Assembly: GCA_046757025.1 (NCBI GenBank)
Contig: JBHHXN010000015.1
Coordinates: 1 to 55,183, forward strand
Direction of reading: 5' to 3'
DNA: 55,183 nt
Origin: a bacterium
GTDB taxonomy: Bacteria; Zhuqueibacterota; Zhuqueibacteria; Oceanimicrobiales; Oceanimicrobiaceae
Positions 28,972-39,858 of this stretch are shown in pieces. Positions within the stretch are counted from its first letter, which is position 1. Every line of letters starts with the position of its first letter. The translations under genes were made by a program, and so were the position numbers. The notes beneath the pieces were generated by a model. It saw only the letters and a program-made list of their open reading frames with translations, did no database searches and was not told where the DNA came from.

Positions 28972-29104
28972 AGGGTCTGAACGAAAACTTGAAAAAACGC
29001 GATAATAAATCTCTGGTGCGAGGGCGTCCCGCCGAGCTGAACAGAGATTCACCCTCGGCTGGGAAGCTTTCAGGTAAGAGAGGGCTCGTTTCTGTTCAAA
29101 CCCT
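28972..29104. mobile_element. Degenerate MITE-like element
   Basis: Terminal IR AGGGTCTGAACGAAA vs AGGGTTTGAACAGAA (12/15); internal GCCGAG/CTCGGC stem. Confidence 0.45.
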
Positions 29105-29148
29105 AATAAGACATTCTTCGTAGTTTTGTGGTACTAAAAAGGGCTCCA

Positions 29149-29931
29149 ATGTATTTTTTGTCTAAAAAGAAATGTAAGTTCGCCCTGTTGATTTTACCGT
29201 TCATTATGTTGTCGGAGCTTGCTGCCCAGAGTCCTGCCGATTACCTGGAACAAGGCAACCAATTTGCAAAATTGTTTGACAATACTCGGGCGTTAGATAT
29301 GTATAAAAACGCTTTGACCGTTGACACCAGCAATTGTACTGCGCTCTGGAGAATTGCGGAATCCTATATCAATTTAGGTGAAGAAGCCGATAAGAAAACG
29401 TGTGTGCAGTATTTCTATGTGGCGGAAAAGTGGGCACGTAAAGCGGTGGCAAACTGCCCACAGACCGCCAACGGTTATTTTTTCGTGGCCATCAGCTCCG
29501 GTTATCTCGCTCTTCACGAACAGGGCAAACAAAAAATCAAACGTTCGAAAGAGGTCAAAGAAAACGCAGAAAAAACTCTGGAATTGGAACCCAATCATCA
29601 TGGCGCCTACCATGTTTTAGGCCGCTGGCACCAAGAGCTGACCAGCTTAAATTGGTTTCTGAAGGCTTTGGCCAAAATCGTTTACGGCGGGGTGCCGCCG
29701 GGAGCGAGTTATGACGCTGCCGTTGAAAATTTTAAAAAAGCCATCAAAATTGCTCCCGAGTGGATAAATCACCACAAACAATTGGGCATTACTTACATGA
29801 AAATGGGGAACTGGCAGCTCGCAAAAAGGGAATTTGAAACGGTGTTGGAATTACCCATCGTCGATCATCAGGATGAGCACCACAAAAACGTTTGCCGAAA
29901 GCTATTAAAGAAGCTGGAAAATAAAAGCTAA
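29149..29931 (+). CDS. Secreted TPR protein resembling the RMDN/PTPIP51 family
   Basis: Signal peptide; ALWRIA, LGRWHQELTSLNWFLKALAKIVYGGVPPGASYDAAVENFKKA. Confidence 0.8.
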   Translation: MYFLSKKKCKFALLILPFIMLSELAAQSPADYLEQGNQFAKLFDNTRALDMYKNALTVDTSNCTALWRIAESYINLGEEADKKTCVQYFYVAEKWARKAVANCPQTANGYFFVAISSGYLALHEQGKQKIKRSKEVKENAEKTLELEPNHHGAYHVLGRWHQELTSLNWFLKALAKIVYGGVPPGASYDAAVENFKKAIKIAPEWINHHKQLGITYMKMGNWQLAKREFETVLELPIVDHQDEHHKNVCRKLLKKLENKS

Positions 29932-30022
29932 AAAAGCACCCTCTCGTTTCACCCATTCACACAAATTCACCACATTCAAAATCTCCAAAAAAAATCTGCT
30001 TTTATCGCATGCTGGTGTATAA

Positions 30023-31231
30023 TTAATTTGAGCAAAATTCGGCGCAAATGGCGTCGCTGAGCAAAAAGCCCTTTCGAGTTAATCTGATAAATCCATTTTC
30101 GATTTCCATAAGATCGCTTTGCATTTTCAGCTTGCCGTCGGTCAGATCGAGGATGAGCTGGTCATCTTGCAAGGGTTGTACAAAAAACTTCGAAAGAGGT
30201 TGAAGGTACTTTTTCAAAAACGACGTGCCAAATTCGGCCTCAAAAGAAGGTAGGTGCAATCCATGCACCTGACGCAAACCTAAAAATATTCGTTCAAAGC
30301 AGCGAGTTTCGCTATCGACTTGTTCTTCTTCCGCCACGGGCAACCTCCCTTTTTCAAGGCAGTCTTGATATTTCACCAAATTACGGACATTCCAGAAGCG
30401 CTTATTTTGGATGAACGAATGCGCTGAAGGACCCAGCCCTAAATAAGGGCTGCCGTCCCAATATTTTTGATTGTGTAACGAGTGTAGAGCCGGTTTGGCA
30501 TAATTGGATACTTCGTACTGAAAATAGCCTTTTGCATTCAGAAACTCCATGGTAAACAAATACATCTTTTTTTCTATCTCTTCGGGAGCTCGGTGGACGA
30601 TCCCCTGGTGCAGTTTCTGTGTGAACGGCGTTCCGGGTTCAAAGGTCAGGCTGTAAGCAGAAATGTGCTCGGGGTTCAAATCGACCGCCTGCTGCAAATT
30701 ATTTTGCCAGGTAGCCAGCGCTTGGCTGGGTAACGCGTAAATTAGATCCAAACTGATATTTTCAAAACCGGCAACACGGGCGAATTCAATGGTTTTGAAG
30801 GCCTCATCTGCGCTGTGAATTCGCTCCAGTATTTTCAGCTCATCGGGTTGAAAGGATTGGATGCCCACACTTAAGCGATTGACGCCCGCGTCCAGGTAGG
30901 CTGACAATTTTGGTAGATCGACGGTTCCGGGGTTGGTTTCAACCGTGACTTCTGGTTGCAAACTAAAATTAAAATTTGAAAACACGTAATCAGTTAACGA
31001 GCGCAAATCTTTTGCTGCCAGCAAGGATGGTGTGCCGCCGCCGAAATAAAGTGTGGCAAATTCCAAATCTCGAACAGAGGCCGCTTCGGAATAAAGCGCG
31101 ATTTCTTTTTTCAGAGCAAGTAAAAAGGCAGGAATCTGGGCGTTTTGCTGAGCAACGGTATAAAAATCACAATACCCGCAACGCTTCTCACAAAACGGAA
31201 TGTGGATGTAAAAACCCGCCGTCACAGCCAA
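30023..31231 (-). CDS. hemW: Radical SAM heme chaperone HemW (HemN-like)
   Basis: YIHIPFCEKRCGYCDF, YFGGGTPS, YEVSNY, HNQKYW; follows lepA-lepB. Confidence 0.92.
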   Translation of the reverse strand: MAVTAGFYIHIPFCEKRCGYCDFYTVAQQNAQIPAFLLALKKEIALYSEAASVRDLEFATLYFGGGTPSLLAAKDLRSLTDYVFSNFNFSLQPEVTVETNPGTVDLPKLSAYLDAGVNRLSVGIQSFQPDELKILERIHSADEAFKTIEFARVAGFENISLDLIYALPSQALATWQNNLQQAVDLNPEHISAYSLTFEPGTPFTQKLHQGIVHRAPEEIEKKMYLFTMEFLNAKGYFQYEVSNYAKPALHSLHNQKYWDGSPYLGLGPSAHSFIQNKRFWNVRNLVKYQDCLEKGRLPVAEEEQVDSETRCFERIFLGLRQVHGLHLPSFEAEFGTSFLKKYLQPLSKFFVQPLQDDQLILDLTDGKLKMQSDLMEIENGFIRLTRKGFLLSDAICAEFCSN

Positions 31232-31250
31232 CTACTTACTTTTCCAATGA

Positions 31251-32057
31251 TCATCGAATCAAATTTGCCAGGCGGGACCACCGTACGCGGTCGACTAAAT
31301 TCCAAACCGGCCCCATTCTGTCCCAGGAAAAATAGATTATCAGCGCTTCCCCCACCACGTTTTCTTCGGGTAGAAAGCCCCAAACCCGGCTGTCCGAGCT
31401 GTTATCCCGGTTGTCGCCCATCATAAAATAATGCCCTTCTGGTACTTTCACCGGGCCATAGTTGTCGGCTCGCATGAAGCCGTCGGCATAATGCCGGATA
31501 ACATAAGATTTTTTATAAGGTGTGACGATTTTTGTGTATTGCACATACCGGCCTTCGGCTTTGTCGAATCTTCGGCCGAGATCGATAATTTTGCCTTCGG
31601 GTTTGCCATCCACAAACACCTCGCCATTTTTTACTTCCACAGTTTGACCACCAACCGCAATGCAGCGTTTGATGTAATCCAGTTTTTCATCTCTTGGATA
31701 TTTGAAAACCACAACGTCGCCGTTCTGAGGTTTTTTAAAGGCCGGCAGGCGGAAAAACGGAATTTTGGCGTCGATGATTGGAATTCTATCTGGCGTTCTA
31801 ACCCCGTAAATGAACTTATTCACTAAAAGAAAATCGCCCACTAACAGCGTGTCTTTCATGGAACCGGTGGGGATGCGAAACGCCTGTACCACAAACGCTC
31901 GTAAAAACATCGCCGCTAACAAAGCCACTAAAATGGCTTCTGTGTATTCTCTTACGGTATTTTTGGGTGGACTTTTTTTGCGATTACTTTGAACAGCGGT
32001 TTTTTGCATGTTTTTCTTATCCTGTTTTAATGCCATGGGATTGCGCTTGTTTTTCAT
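31251..32057 (-). CDS. lepB: Signal peptidase I
   Basis: IPTGSM, YIKR, GDNRDNSSDSR. Confidence 0.96.
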   Translation of the reverse strand: MKNKRNPMALKQDKKNMQKTAVQSNRKKSPPKNTVREYTEAILVALLAAMFLRAFVVQAFRIPTGSMKDTLLVGDFLLVNKFIYGVRTPDRIPIIDAKIPFFRLPAFKKPQNGDVVVFKYPRDEKLDYIKRCIAVGGQTVEVKNGEVFVDGKPEGKIIDLGRRFDKAEGRYVQYTKIVTPYKKSYVIRHYADGFMRADNYGPVKVPEGHYFMMGDNRDNSSDSRVWGFLPEENVVGEALIIYFSWDRMGPVWNLVDRVRWSRLANLIR

Positions 32058-32111
32058 GACAAACTCCTTGTGCGCTATGTAATTCTTCTAAGACACTATT
32101 TCTCCTGATAT

Positions 32112-33905
32112 TTATTCCACTTTTAACACAGCCAGGAATGCCTCCTGAGGAAGCTCCACTCGGCCTACTTGTTTCATTCGTTTTTTACCTTCTTTTTGCC
32201 GCTCCAACAATTTGCGTTTGCGGGTAATATCGCCGCCATAACATTTGGCGGTCACATTTTTGCGCAGCGCTTTCACGGTAGTGCGCGAAATGATTTTACT
32301 GCCGATGGCCGCCTGCACCACCACTTCATAGAGCTGTTTAGGTATTAATTCCTTGAGTTTGCTGCAAATTTTTCGCCCCCAATCGTATGCTTTCTCTTTG
32401 TGAATGATGTACGAAAGAGCATCCACAGGTTCGCCGTTTATCAAGATATCGAGCTTCACCAGGTCGGACTTGCGGTATTCGGCAAATTGATAATCAAAAG
32501 AAGCGTAACCCCTTGTTAACGATTTGAGTTTGTCGTAAAAATCAAAAATAATTTCTGACAAAGGAAAATCATAATGTAAATTCGCTCGCGTCGGATCGAT
32601 GTATTCAGTGTTTTTATAAATACCACGCCTATCCTGAGAAAGTTTCATGATATTTCCTATATACTCCGTGGGGGTGATGATATCCGCTGAGATGTAAGGC
32701 TCCTCGATATATTCAATGGTGGTCACCGGTGGAAGTAGGGCCGGATTATCCACAAACACGGTTTGATTTTTATTTGTATGAGCTCGATATTCGACATTCG
32801 GCATGGTGGTCAGAATGTTAAGCCCATATTCTCTTTCCAGTCTCTCCTGGATAATTTCCATGTGCAAAAGCCCCAAAAAACCGCAGCGAAAGCCGAAGCC
32901 CAGCGCTTGCGAAGTTTCGGGCTCATACAGCAACGAAGCGTCGTTGAGTTTCAGGCGTTCCAGCGAAGACCGCAGCTCCTCGTAATCATCGTTTTCGGCC
33001 GGAAAAAGTCCGCTAAAAACCATAGGCTTGATCTCCTGATAACCCGGCAGTGGATTCCCGGCCGGTTGGCGGGCACTGGTGATGGTATCGCCGACTTTGG
33101 TATCCTGCACTTGTTTGGCGCCGGCGATGCAGTAACCCACTTGTCCCACCGACAATTGCTCCCTTTTGATCTTTTTAAGCTGCAGAATCCCGACTTCGAC
33201 TACTTCAAACTTTTTGCCGCTACTGAAAAATTTGATCTCCATACCCGGGCAAATAGTTCCAGAAAACACTCGAATATATGCGATGGCTCCGCGGTAGGAA
33301 TCAAAAACTGAATCGAAGATCAGCGCTTGCAGCGGGGCTTTGCCATCGCCATTGGGAGCCGGGATTCTCTTGATGACGGCTTCCAATATTTCCTCCACAC
33401 CGTGCCCTTCTTTGGCGCTGGTAAGCAGGATTTCACCTTCGTCAATGCCCAATATTTCAATGATTTGCTGTTTGACGAGATCAACCTGGGCGCTCTTTAA
33501 ATCGACTTTGTTGATCACAGGAATAATTGTCAAATCGTTTTCAATCGCCAGGTACAGATTGCTGATGGTCTGTGCTTCCACCCCCTGTGCAGCGTCCACC
33601 ACTAAAATCGCGCCTTCACATGCGGCCAGGCTGCGGGACACTTCATAGGTAAAATCCACGTGGCCGGGGGTGTCTATCAAATTCAAATGATATGTATCGC
33701 TGTCGGCTGCCCGGTACTGCATGGTGACGGTGTGCGCTTTGATGGTGATACCGCGCTCCCGTTCCAGGTCCATATCGTCCAGCACCTGATCCATCCCGAC
33801 TTTCGCCAGGGTGCCGGTTTTTTCGAGAATGCGATCGGCCAGAGTCGATTTACCGTGATCGATGTGTGCGATGATGCAAAAATTTCTTATCTTATCAATC
33901 TGCAT
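32112..33905 (-). CDS. lepA: Elongation factor 4
   Basis: [38 protein letters not shown]. Confidence 0.99.
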   Translation of the reverse strand: MQIDKIRNFCIIAHIDHGKSTLADRILEKTGTLAKVGMDQVLDDMDLERERGITIKAHTVTMQYRAADSDTYHLNLIDTPGHVDFTYEVSRSLAACEGAILVVDAAQGVEAQTISNLYLAIENDLTIIPVINKVDLKSAQVDLVKQQIIEILGIDEGEILLTSAKEGHGVEEILEAVIKRIPAPNGDGKAPLQALIFDSVFDSYRGAIAYIRVFSGTICPGMEIKFFSSGKKFEVVEVGILQLKKIKREQLSVGQVGYCIAGAKQVQDTKVGDTITSARQPAGNPLPGYQEIKPMVFSGLFPAENDDYEELRSSLERLKLNDASLLYEPETSQALGFGFRCGFLGLLHMEIIQERLEREYGLNILTTMPNVEYRAHTNKNQTVFVDNPALLPPVTTIEYIEEPYISADIITPTEYIGNIMKLSQDRRGIYKNTEYIDPTRANLHYDFPLSEIIFDFYDKLKSLTRGYASFDYQFAEYRKSDLVKLDILINGEPVDALSYIIHKEKAYDWGRKICSKLKELIPKQLYEVVVQAAIGSKIISRTTVKALRKNVTAKCYGGDITRKRKLLERQKEGKKRMKQVGRVELPQEAFLAVLKVE

Positions 33906-33980
33906 GGGGATTTATTACATAAACAAAAGCCAGACCATTTGATCTGGCTCAAAATTATCGGTATAATTTCAAAGCCGATA

Positions 33981-34009
33981 AATTTAGTAATTTTTTCGCT
34001 ATTAGTCAA
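33981..34009 (-). promoter_or_regulatory. sigma70 promoter of lepA-lepB-hemW
   Basis: TTGACT-17 nt-TAAATT. Confidence 0.65.
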
Positions 34010-34125
34010 TAGGAAAGTACGGGCCATCTGCTTTCTTGCGGCAGCCTTTCTTTGGCTTTACACCCCCCCCAAAAAAAACCGTTGCCCGCTGGCTTGCTCA
34101 AATAGACAATTAGAGGTTGGCTGGC

Positions 34126-37100
34126 TCACTTCAATAGGGTCATTTTTTTCGATTGACGAAAAGTGTGGGAAAGGTCTCGCGATGCCCGTGCAATCAATGA
34201 ATAAAAATAGACGCCGGACGACACCGCTTTACCGGCATCGTTGCGTCCGTCCCAGGTAATCGAATAAAAGCCAGCCGCTTTCATTTTCTGATCTATCAAT
34301 TTGCGCACCATTTGTCCCTTGATGTCAAACACCCAAATCGAAATCTGTGAGTTCACAGGCAACTGGTACTTTATGCGCGTTTCCGGGTTGAATGGATTGG
34401 GATAATTTTGAGCTAATTGAAAGTGTTCCGGCGCCGCCACTCTGGCGCTAATCTGGCCAAGAGTTTCACTCATGCCGGATTCGTAAATGATTTCCAGCGT
34501 GTAAATGTACTCAAAACCGCTGTTCAAGTTTGCGTCTTTAAACGAAAACACTTTTTCGCCCAACAGCGGTTTTTCATTGAGCTTTTTTCCGCGTTCATGT
34601 CGGGAGTGACTTCGCCACAAATTAAATCCAGCGTGACGGCTGCTGAAAGCAACTTCCCAGGTCAGCATCACGGTGTTTTCCTGCACCGTGGCATCGAAAC
34701 GTCCCAATTCCACTGGCACGGCAAAATCCACGTGCACCGCCACCGAGTCTGGCAGACTACTCAGGCCTTGATCGTCCACCACCACCAGGGTAAACAGGTA
34801 TTCGCCGGGTGCCAGGGTCACCGGCGGATTCACGACATCTGGTGGATCCGGATCGCCGCGCCATTCAAACCAGCTTATGGCGCCATCCCGATCAAAAGAG
34901 CGGCTGCCGTTTAAAACAACCTCTGCTGTTTTTTGACCGGCGGTTAGCTCCACCGTGACGTCGGCGCCGGCGTTCGCAAAGGGCGGTTGGTTTACAGTCG
35001 CCGGAAAAAACGCCAAACCGCTCAAGCCAGCAAATCCGGTGGCCAGAACAAATTCGCCTTCGCCGGTCACGGTATCGATGGTCACAATGCCGCCAGCGCG
35101 GGCATCGGTTCGACCCAGGCCGCCGTACAGTTTTCCGTCCGGGCCAAAAGATAGTGCCCGCACATCGGTAAAATTCATGGGGCCGATGACGCTACCGGCG
35201 CCCGATTGTACGTCGATGGCGATCAAATCAGAGCTGTTAGCTTCTGGCACCACGCCGAACAAACGACCATCGGCTGAAAACGCCAGATCCGCGACTACGC
35301 CAAATCCGGTGCTGCCCACCACACTCATTCCTCCGGTTTTCAGGTCAATTTCCACAAGCCGGGTAAATTCCGAAGAGTCCGGTTGAAAAACGCCAAACAA
35401 CCTGCCAGAAGGATGAAAATCCATGCCAAATATGATTCCCTGTGCGACTTTTTTGATCAGGGTAGGCGTGCCGGTGTAAATATTCAAATCGATCAAATTG
35501 CCGCTGTGGCCGTTGGTGGTACCCACCAAAACGCCATCTTTTCGAAAAGACATACCATTCACTTCGCCATACCCCAAAGTAGCGCCAACCACCGTAACCG
35601 AACCCTGGGGCAAATCCATGGCGATGAGGGTGTCTGAACGGGCGGTAGCGGCAAACAAGGTTGCCGGGGGCGGCGGTAGCATACCCATGCCCTCCAATGT
35701 CAGTGCTTTGATGGGATCGTCAAAGTCCGTGCTGACGACGTTGACGAGTGATTTCGCGGAGCCCAATTTTTTGGTTTTAAATATAATTTCAAATGAGGCT
35801 GTGGATTTGGGCTTCAGAACCAACGGCAACGCCGGCATTTGCAAAATGCGGGCGGATGAATCCTGACTGACAATTTGAGAGATAGAAATATCCTCGGTAC
35901 CGATGCTGCGCAAGCTCACGGTGCGGGTTAAGGTGGCGCTGTTGACAAGAATTTCACCGTAATCAATTTTCGGCGGAGAAAGCGCCAGTTGCGCACCCGC
36001 GAGCACGGCCGGACGCATGGCCAGTCCGCTCACCGAAGCAAAACCAATCCTGCCAACAATCAATCCTTTACCGGTGAATTGATCGATTGCGATCAATTCA
36101 TTTTGAGATTTTCCGCCGCCTTTCACACCGAATAAATTCCCCTCTGCGTTGAAAACCAGATCCGGAGTCGCGCCGCCCAAACCGGTGACACCGACGAGAA
36201 CGGCTGCGCCTGTTTGCTTGTCGATGGTGAAAATGCCGTCTTCTACCCGCGGTCGAAAGCCGGCGGTGGAACCCCAAAGTGCGCCGTCGAACGGATCGAA
36301 CGCCAGACCAGCAAAGAGATCGCCGGTGTACCCGATAAATTGCGTCTCGCCGCTTCGGGTATCGATGGTATATAAATTAAAATTGCTGTTCACGCCGTAC
36401 AGAACATTGTTTGAATCAAAGGCGATGGCATCCAAAAATCCCAGACCGGTTTCGGCCACAAAGATGGCTTTGCCCGTGGCCGCATCGATGCGATAGAGAT
36501 CACCGCTGACGCGTTCGGTGCCGAAAATTTCGCCTCTGGAATTGATGGCCAGACCCGGCACCCCATCCAGGCCCGTGGCGCCGACAATGGTGCCGTACCC
36601 CGTTGCCGGATTGATGGTGAGCAAACTGCCGGGCACGCTTCCCCGCTTGCCCGTGGAAGCATAAAAAACCCCGAAATCCGCCGCAGAGACCGGTTTAGCG
36701 TGCCCAAAGAGCTCGATGGATTTAATGGGTTTGGCCGCGTCATTGCTGAAAATCTGCAACAGCGAGCGGAAGTCGCCGGTATCGGCCGGTGCAAAGGTCA
36801 GGTGAAACAAATAGCTGCTATCCGGCGGCAGCACCAGCGGCACGGGGGGAAGGCTGTCGGCCACAAATGGCACGCCCGGTTCAGAAACAGCTGAAATCGC
36901 TAAGTTTTGTGAACCAATGTTTTTTACGGTCAACGTTTGCGGGGGGCTGACCTCCCCGGCAAAAAGCGACCCAAAATCCAGAAATCCAGGACGCACGTAA
37001 ACCACGGCTCCACTAAAACTGGTGAATTCATCCGCCGCCAGGGCCGCGGGATTTGATTGCACGGACATGACATCCGTAACCGCGCCGCTGTTCGGAGCCA

Positions 37101-39042
37101 GCAGATAAATGGTACCATCGGCAACAGTCGCAAACAGCACTTTCATCGCCTCCGAGAAGGCCAGTCCCACAATGTTTTGACCGGGACCCGCGAAACTGTT
37201 TATCACCTCGCCGGTAAACGGATCCAATTCATAAATTGTGTGGCCGTTTTCCACAGCGAATAACGAAATACGCGAGCCCGCAAAGGTCAAAGCGGTGATG
37301 AATTTAAACGGCAAAGTCAGACGGTTGCGCACAATCCCTGAATTTGGATCGATTTCATAAATTCTATTTTGCTCAAAATCCGAGACAAAAAGCGACTTAC
37401 CAGAAAAAGCCAGGCCATCGAAACGGCCAATGGCATTGACAAAAATGGAATCCTGCACGCTGCCGTTGAAGCCATCGAGTTTGTAGATTTTATTCAAATT
37501 CACCGCGTTTACTACGTACAAACTGTTGCCGTCAAAGGCAAATCCGACTCGCTCCAGATCTGCAGCGCCAGACAGAGAATAAGTGCGTTTCGTGGTGGCC
37601 AGAACCGGATCCAAATCTAAAATTGACTGCGAGTTCCCATCCAGTAAAAACAAAGCTGCTTCGGGCGGAGCGGGATTTTTGGCCTGCCCACGCAAGACAA
37701 GTTTTTTTACCGACGTGTTGATGTCGTTGCTTATTATTTTTAATGTATCAACTAAAGTGCCGGCCGCGATGGGCGCAAAAGTGACTTCAAAAGAAAACGT
37801 GTCGTCGTTTGCCAGAGTGTGGGGTAAACTCGGGACTCGGCTCAACTGAATTTCATCATTCGTACTTCTTATTTCTGAGATCACCAGTGCGTCGGTGCCG
37901 GCGCTGCGGATTGTAAGTGTTTTCGGTGCGCTGGTGGTGTTCACCAGAATGCGGCCAAAATCCAGGCTGCCGGGAGAAACACTGAGAAAGGAACCGCGCG
38001 GGGTGCCGGTGCGAAAAGCCATGGCCGTCAGGGAGGCTATGCCGGTCGTGCCAATGATGACGCCTTTTGCAGTGGTTTTATCAACGGTAATCAAGGTGGG
38101 GATGGTGTTCACACCCTGCCCTTTCAGCGCATACAACTTCCCATTGAGGTCAAAATGCAGAGCCGGTGTAGCTCCGCCCAATCCGGTGCGCCCAATTAGC
38201 GAGGCTGCTCCGGAAGCGGCATCGACGGTAAAAATGCCGTCCGCATCCGATGGATTGCTGCCACTGACTGCCGCCCAGAGCTGGCCGTCGATGGGATCAC
38301 AGGTCAGGCCGGTGAAGCGATGCCCCGTGGGACCCACAAGCGCAGAACGGCCGGTAGTGGTGTTGATTTTATACAGGCTAAAATTGGGTGCGTCCGCGGC
38401 GATGGCGTACAGATTGTCTTCCTTGTCAAATGCCATGCACTCCAACCCCGCCACACCCACATCGGCCACAAAAAACGCCTCACCAGTTTGAGCATCGATG
38501 CGGTACAATTTACCGGTGTTTTTCTCAAACGTAAACATTTCCCCGTGCGAGCTGATGGCCAGCCCGGAAAGACCCGAAAAGCCCGTAGCCCCGATCAACT
38601 GCCCGCTGCCAGTAGCGATATCGATGGAATACAAACGACTACCCGAGGGATGATCGCCCAAAGCAAAGCAAAGTCCGAATTCCACGGCCTGAATTTCGTT
38701 GATGACCCGCACAATAAGATGTGTGGTCGATTTGTCAAATGGGATAAATGCAGTACTAGCGGAGCTACTTGCCAGTCTCAATTGTGCCGGTCTGCCAAAC
38801 AATTTCGCTAAAAGCAGAGCGGTTTTTGAAACCGGGCTCGCAAAGCTTTTCTTCAAAGCGCCATCTAGGAGATTGTCCATTGCAGCCGAATGATTGAAAA
38901 CGATGGCTTTGGCGATGGTCTCGAATGGCAGCACACAAAAGCAAAAACAAACAATACATCGAAGGATAGTTTGCTGGAATAGAGTGAGGTGATTTCTAAT
39001 TTTCTGGATGTTTAATCTAAGCTGCGGTTTCATAAAAGCCAT
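34126..39042 (-). CDS. Large T9SS cargo: four beta-propellers alternating with three ASH/choice-of-anchor D Ig domains, PKD-like domain, type-A/FlgD CTD
   Basis: LYxIDxxTG..GLAF repeats; LDFG..IISND Ig units; NQPPFANAG; VPVEL; QNYPNPFNP; start uncertain. Confidence 0.88.
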   Translation of the reverse strand: MAFMKPQLRLNIQKIRNHLTLFQQTILRCIVCFCFCVLPFETIAKAIVFNHSAAMDNLLDGALKKSFASPVSKTALLLAKLFGRPAQLRLASSSASTAFIPFDKSTTHLIVRVINEIQAVEFGLCFALGDHPSGSRLYSIDIATGSGQLIGATGFSGLSGLAISSHGEMFTFEKNTGKLYRIDAQTGEAFFVADVGVAGLECMAFDKEDNLYAIAADAPNFSLYKINTTTGRSALVGPTGHRFTGLTCDPIDGQLWAAVSGSNPSDADGIFTVDAASGAASLIGRTGLGGATPALHFDLNGKLYALKGQGVNTIPTLITVDKTTAKGVIIGTTGIASLTAMAFRTGTPRGSFLSVSPGSLDFGRILVNTTSAPKTLTIRSAGTDALVISEIRSTNDEIQLSRVPSLPHTLANDDTFSFEVTFAPIAAGTLVDTLKIISNDINTSVKKLVLRGQAKNPAPPEAALFLLDGNSQSILDLDPVLATTKRTYSLSGAADLERVGFAFDGNSLYVVNAVNLNKIYKLDGFNGSVQDSIFVNAIGRFDGLAFSGKSLFVSDFEQNRIYEIDPNSGIVRNRLTLPFKFITALTFAGSRISLFAVENGHTIYELDPFTGEVINSFAGPGQNIVGLAFSEAMKVLFATVADGTIYLLAPNSGAVTDVMSVQSNPAALAADEFTSFSGAVVYVRPGFLDFGSLFAGEVSPPQTLTVKNIGSQNLAISAVSEPGVPFVADSLPPVPLVLPPDSSYLFHLTFAPADTGDFRSLLQIFSNDAAKPIKSIELFGHAKPVSAADFGVFYASTGKRGSVPGSLLTINPATGYGTIVGATGLDGVPGLAINSRGEIFGTERVSGDLYRIDAATGKAIFVAETGLGFLDAIAFDSNNVLYGVNSNFNLYTIDTRSGETQFIGYTGDLFAGLAFDPFDGALWGSTAGFRPRVEDGIFTIDKQTGAAVLVGVTGLGGATPDLVFNAEGNLFGVKGGGKSQNELIAIDQFTGKGLIVGRIGFASVSGLAMRPAVLAGAQLALSPPKIDYGEILVNSATLTRTVSLRSIGTEDISISQIVSQDSSARILQMPALPLVLKPKSTASFEIIFKTKKLGSAKSLVNVVSTDFDDPIKALTLEGMGMLPPPPATLFAATARSDTLIAMDLPQGSVTVVGATLGYGEVNGMSFRKDGVLVGTTNGHSGNLIDLNIYTGTPTLIKKVAQGIIFGMDFHPSGRLFGVFQPDSSEFTRLVEIDLKTGGMSVVGSTGFGVVADLAFSADGRLFGVVPEANSSDLIAIDVQSGAGSVIGPMNFTDVRALSFGPDGKLYGGLGRTDARAGGIVTIDTVTGEGEFVLATGFAGLSGLAFFPATVNQPPFANAGADVTVELTAGQKTAEVVLNGSRSFDRDGAISWFEWRGDPDPPDVVNPPVTLAPGEYLFTLVVVDDQGLSSLPDSVAVHVDFAVPVELGRFDATVQENTVMLTWEVAFSSRHAGFNLWRSHSRHERGKKLNEKPLLGEKVFSFKDANLNSGFEYIYTLEIIYESGMSETLGQISARVAAPEHFQLAQNYPNPFNPETRIKYQLPVNSQISIWVFDIKGQMVRKLIDQKMKAAGFYSITWDGRNDAGKAVSSGVYFYSLIARASRDLSHTFRQSKKMTLLK

Positions 39043-39703
39043 TTCAAATTAGAATAAATCGAGACACAAAAATGGAATTACCAGTATGTTAAACACAATT
39101 TTTGAGCAAGTGTCAAAATCACTTTTTAATTTAAGCAGAACAATTCTTGAGTTTTGGAAATTGGCAACCAATTGCCAGAATTCGGTCAATCAGTCACGAT
39201 GTCAAGTGAAGGATTTGCTGTTCGCGATTGGTTATCCGCGTTTCGAAGCACATGGGAAATATGCTGGTTAAAGTGAAAAACCCGTTTACGCAGGACCTCA
39301 AATGCAGACCGCCGCCGTTCTCTTTATAAAAAAGCGACCTCCATCTATATCATACCTAAAAGTATGAATGACCAGTTGAAAATCTGTTTGGATAGCTCAT
39401 CAAAGAGCTATCGGTATCCTGGTTCGACTCCGCCACCATGAAAAAATACGCTTCATCTTGAGCGGAAAAGACACTTGCGCCTGAGTGCCAAAACAAGTTC
39501 GGGAAAGGCCATTTTTTCAACGGGTTATTTCCTATTAAAAATGAAATTGTTTACATTTCTTAAATTAAAAAATCAATAAATAATTACGAAAAAATTCATG
39601 ATTTGAGTAAATATTTCCCGATAAATTAAAATCCATTGCAAATCGTCCTTGACTTTTAGAAATAATATTATAAATTCGAATTGTTTTAAAAAAACGATAG
39701 CGA

Positions 39704-39781
39704 GGGCGATTAGTTCAGTTGGTTTAGAATGCCTGCCTTACAAGCAGGAGGTCACTGGTTCGAGTCCAGTATCGCCCACCA
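39704..39781 (+). tRNA. tRNA-Val(TAC)
   Basis: GGGCGAT...ATCGCCCACCA; anticodon arm CCTGC-CTTACAA-GCAGG. Confidence 0.98.
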
Positions 39782-39858
39782 TAAAACACCGCCCCTTGAC
39801 TACACGCCAAGCCATCCGTTTTCCTGATTGATGAAATTCGCTTTTCTTTATTTGCGTT

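Noticed and set aside
29010..29085. Glycine riboswitch (CTCTGG, CGCCGA, CTTTCAGGTAA fragments)
   Set aside because: Lacks the GGAGA and CCGAAG core, lies inside a TIR-bounded element, and the downstream gene is unrelated
39162..39176. sigma54 promoter TGGCAA-CCAA-TTGC
   Set aside because: Spacing is one base short and there is no suitable downstream gene
39416..39442. tRNA/tmRNA 3' fragment (GGTTCGACTCCGCCACCA) as an att site
   Set aside because: Too short between T loop and CCA; better explained as a degenerate REP half related to 27708-27723
8662..39781. Genomic island bounded by the two tRNA-Val genes
   Set aside because: Both are complete tRNAs with different anticodons in opposite orientation; no integrase or att duplication; core genes lie between them
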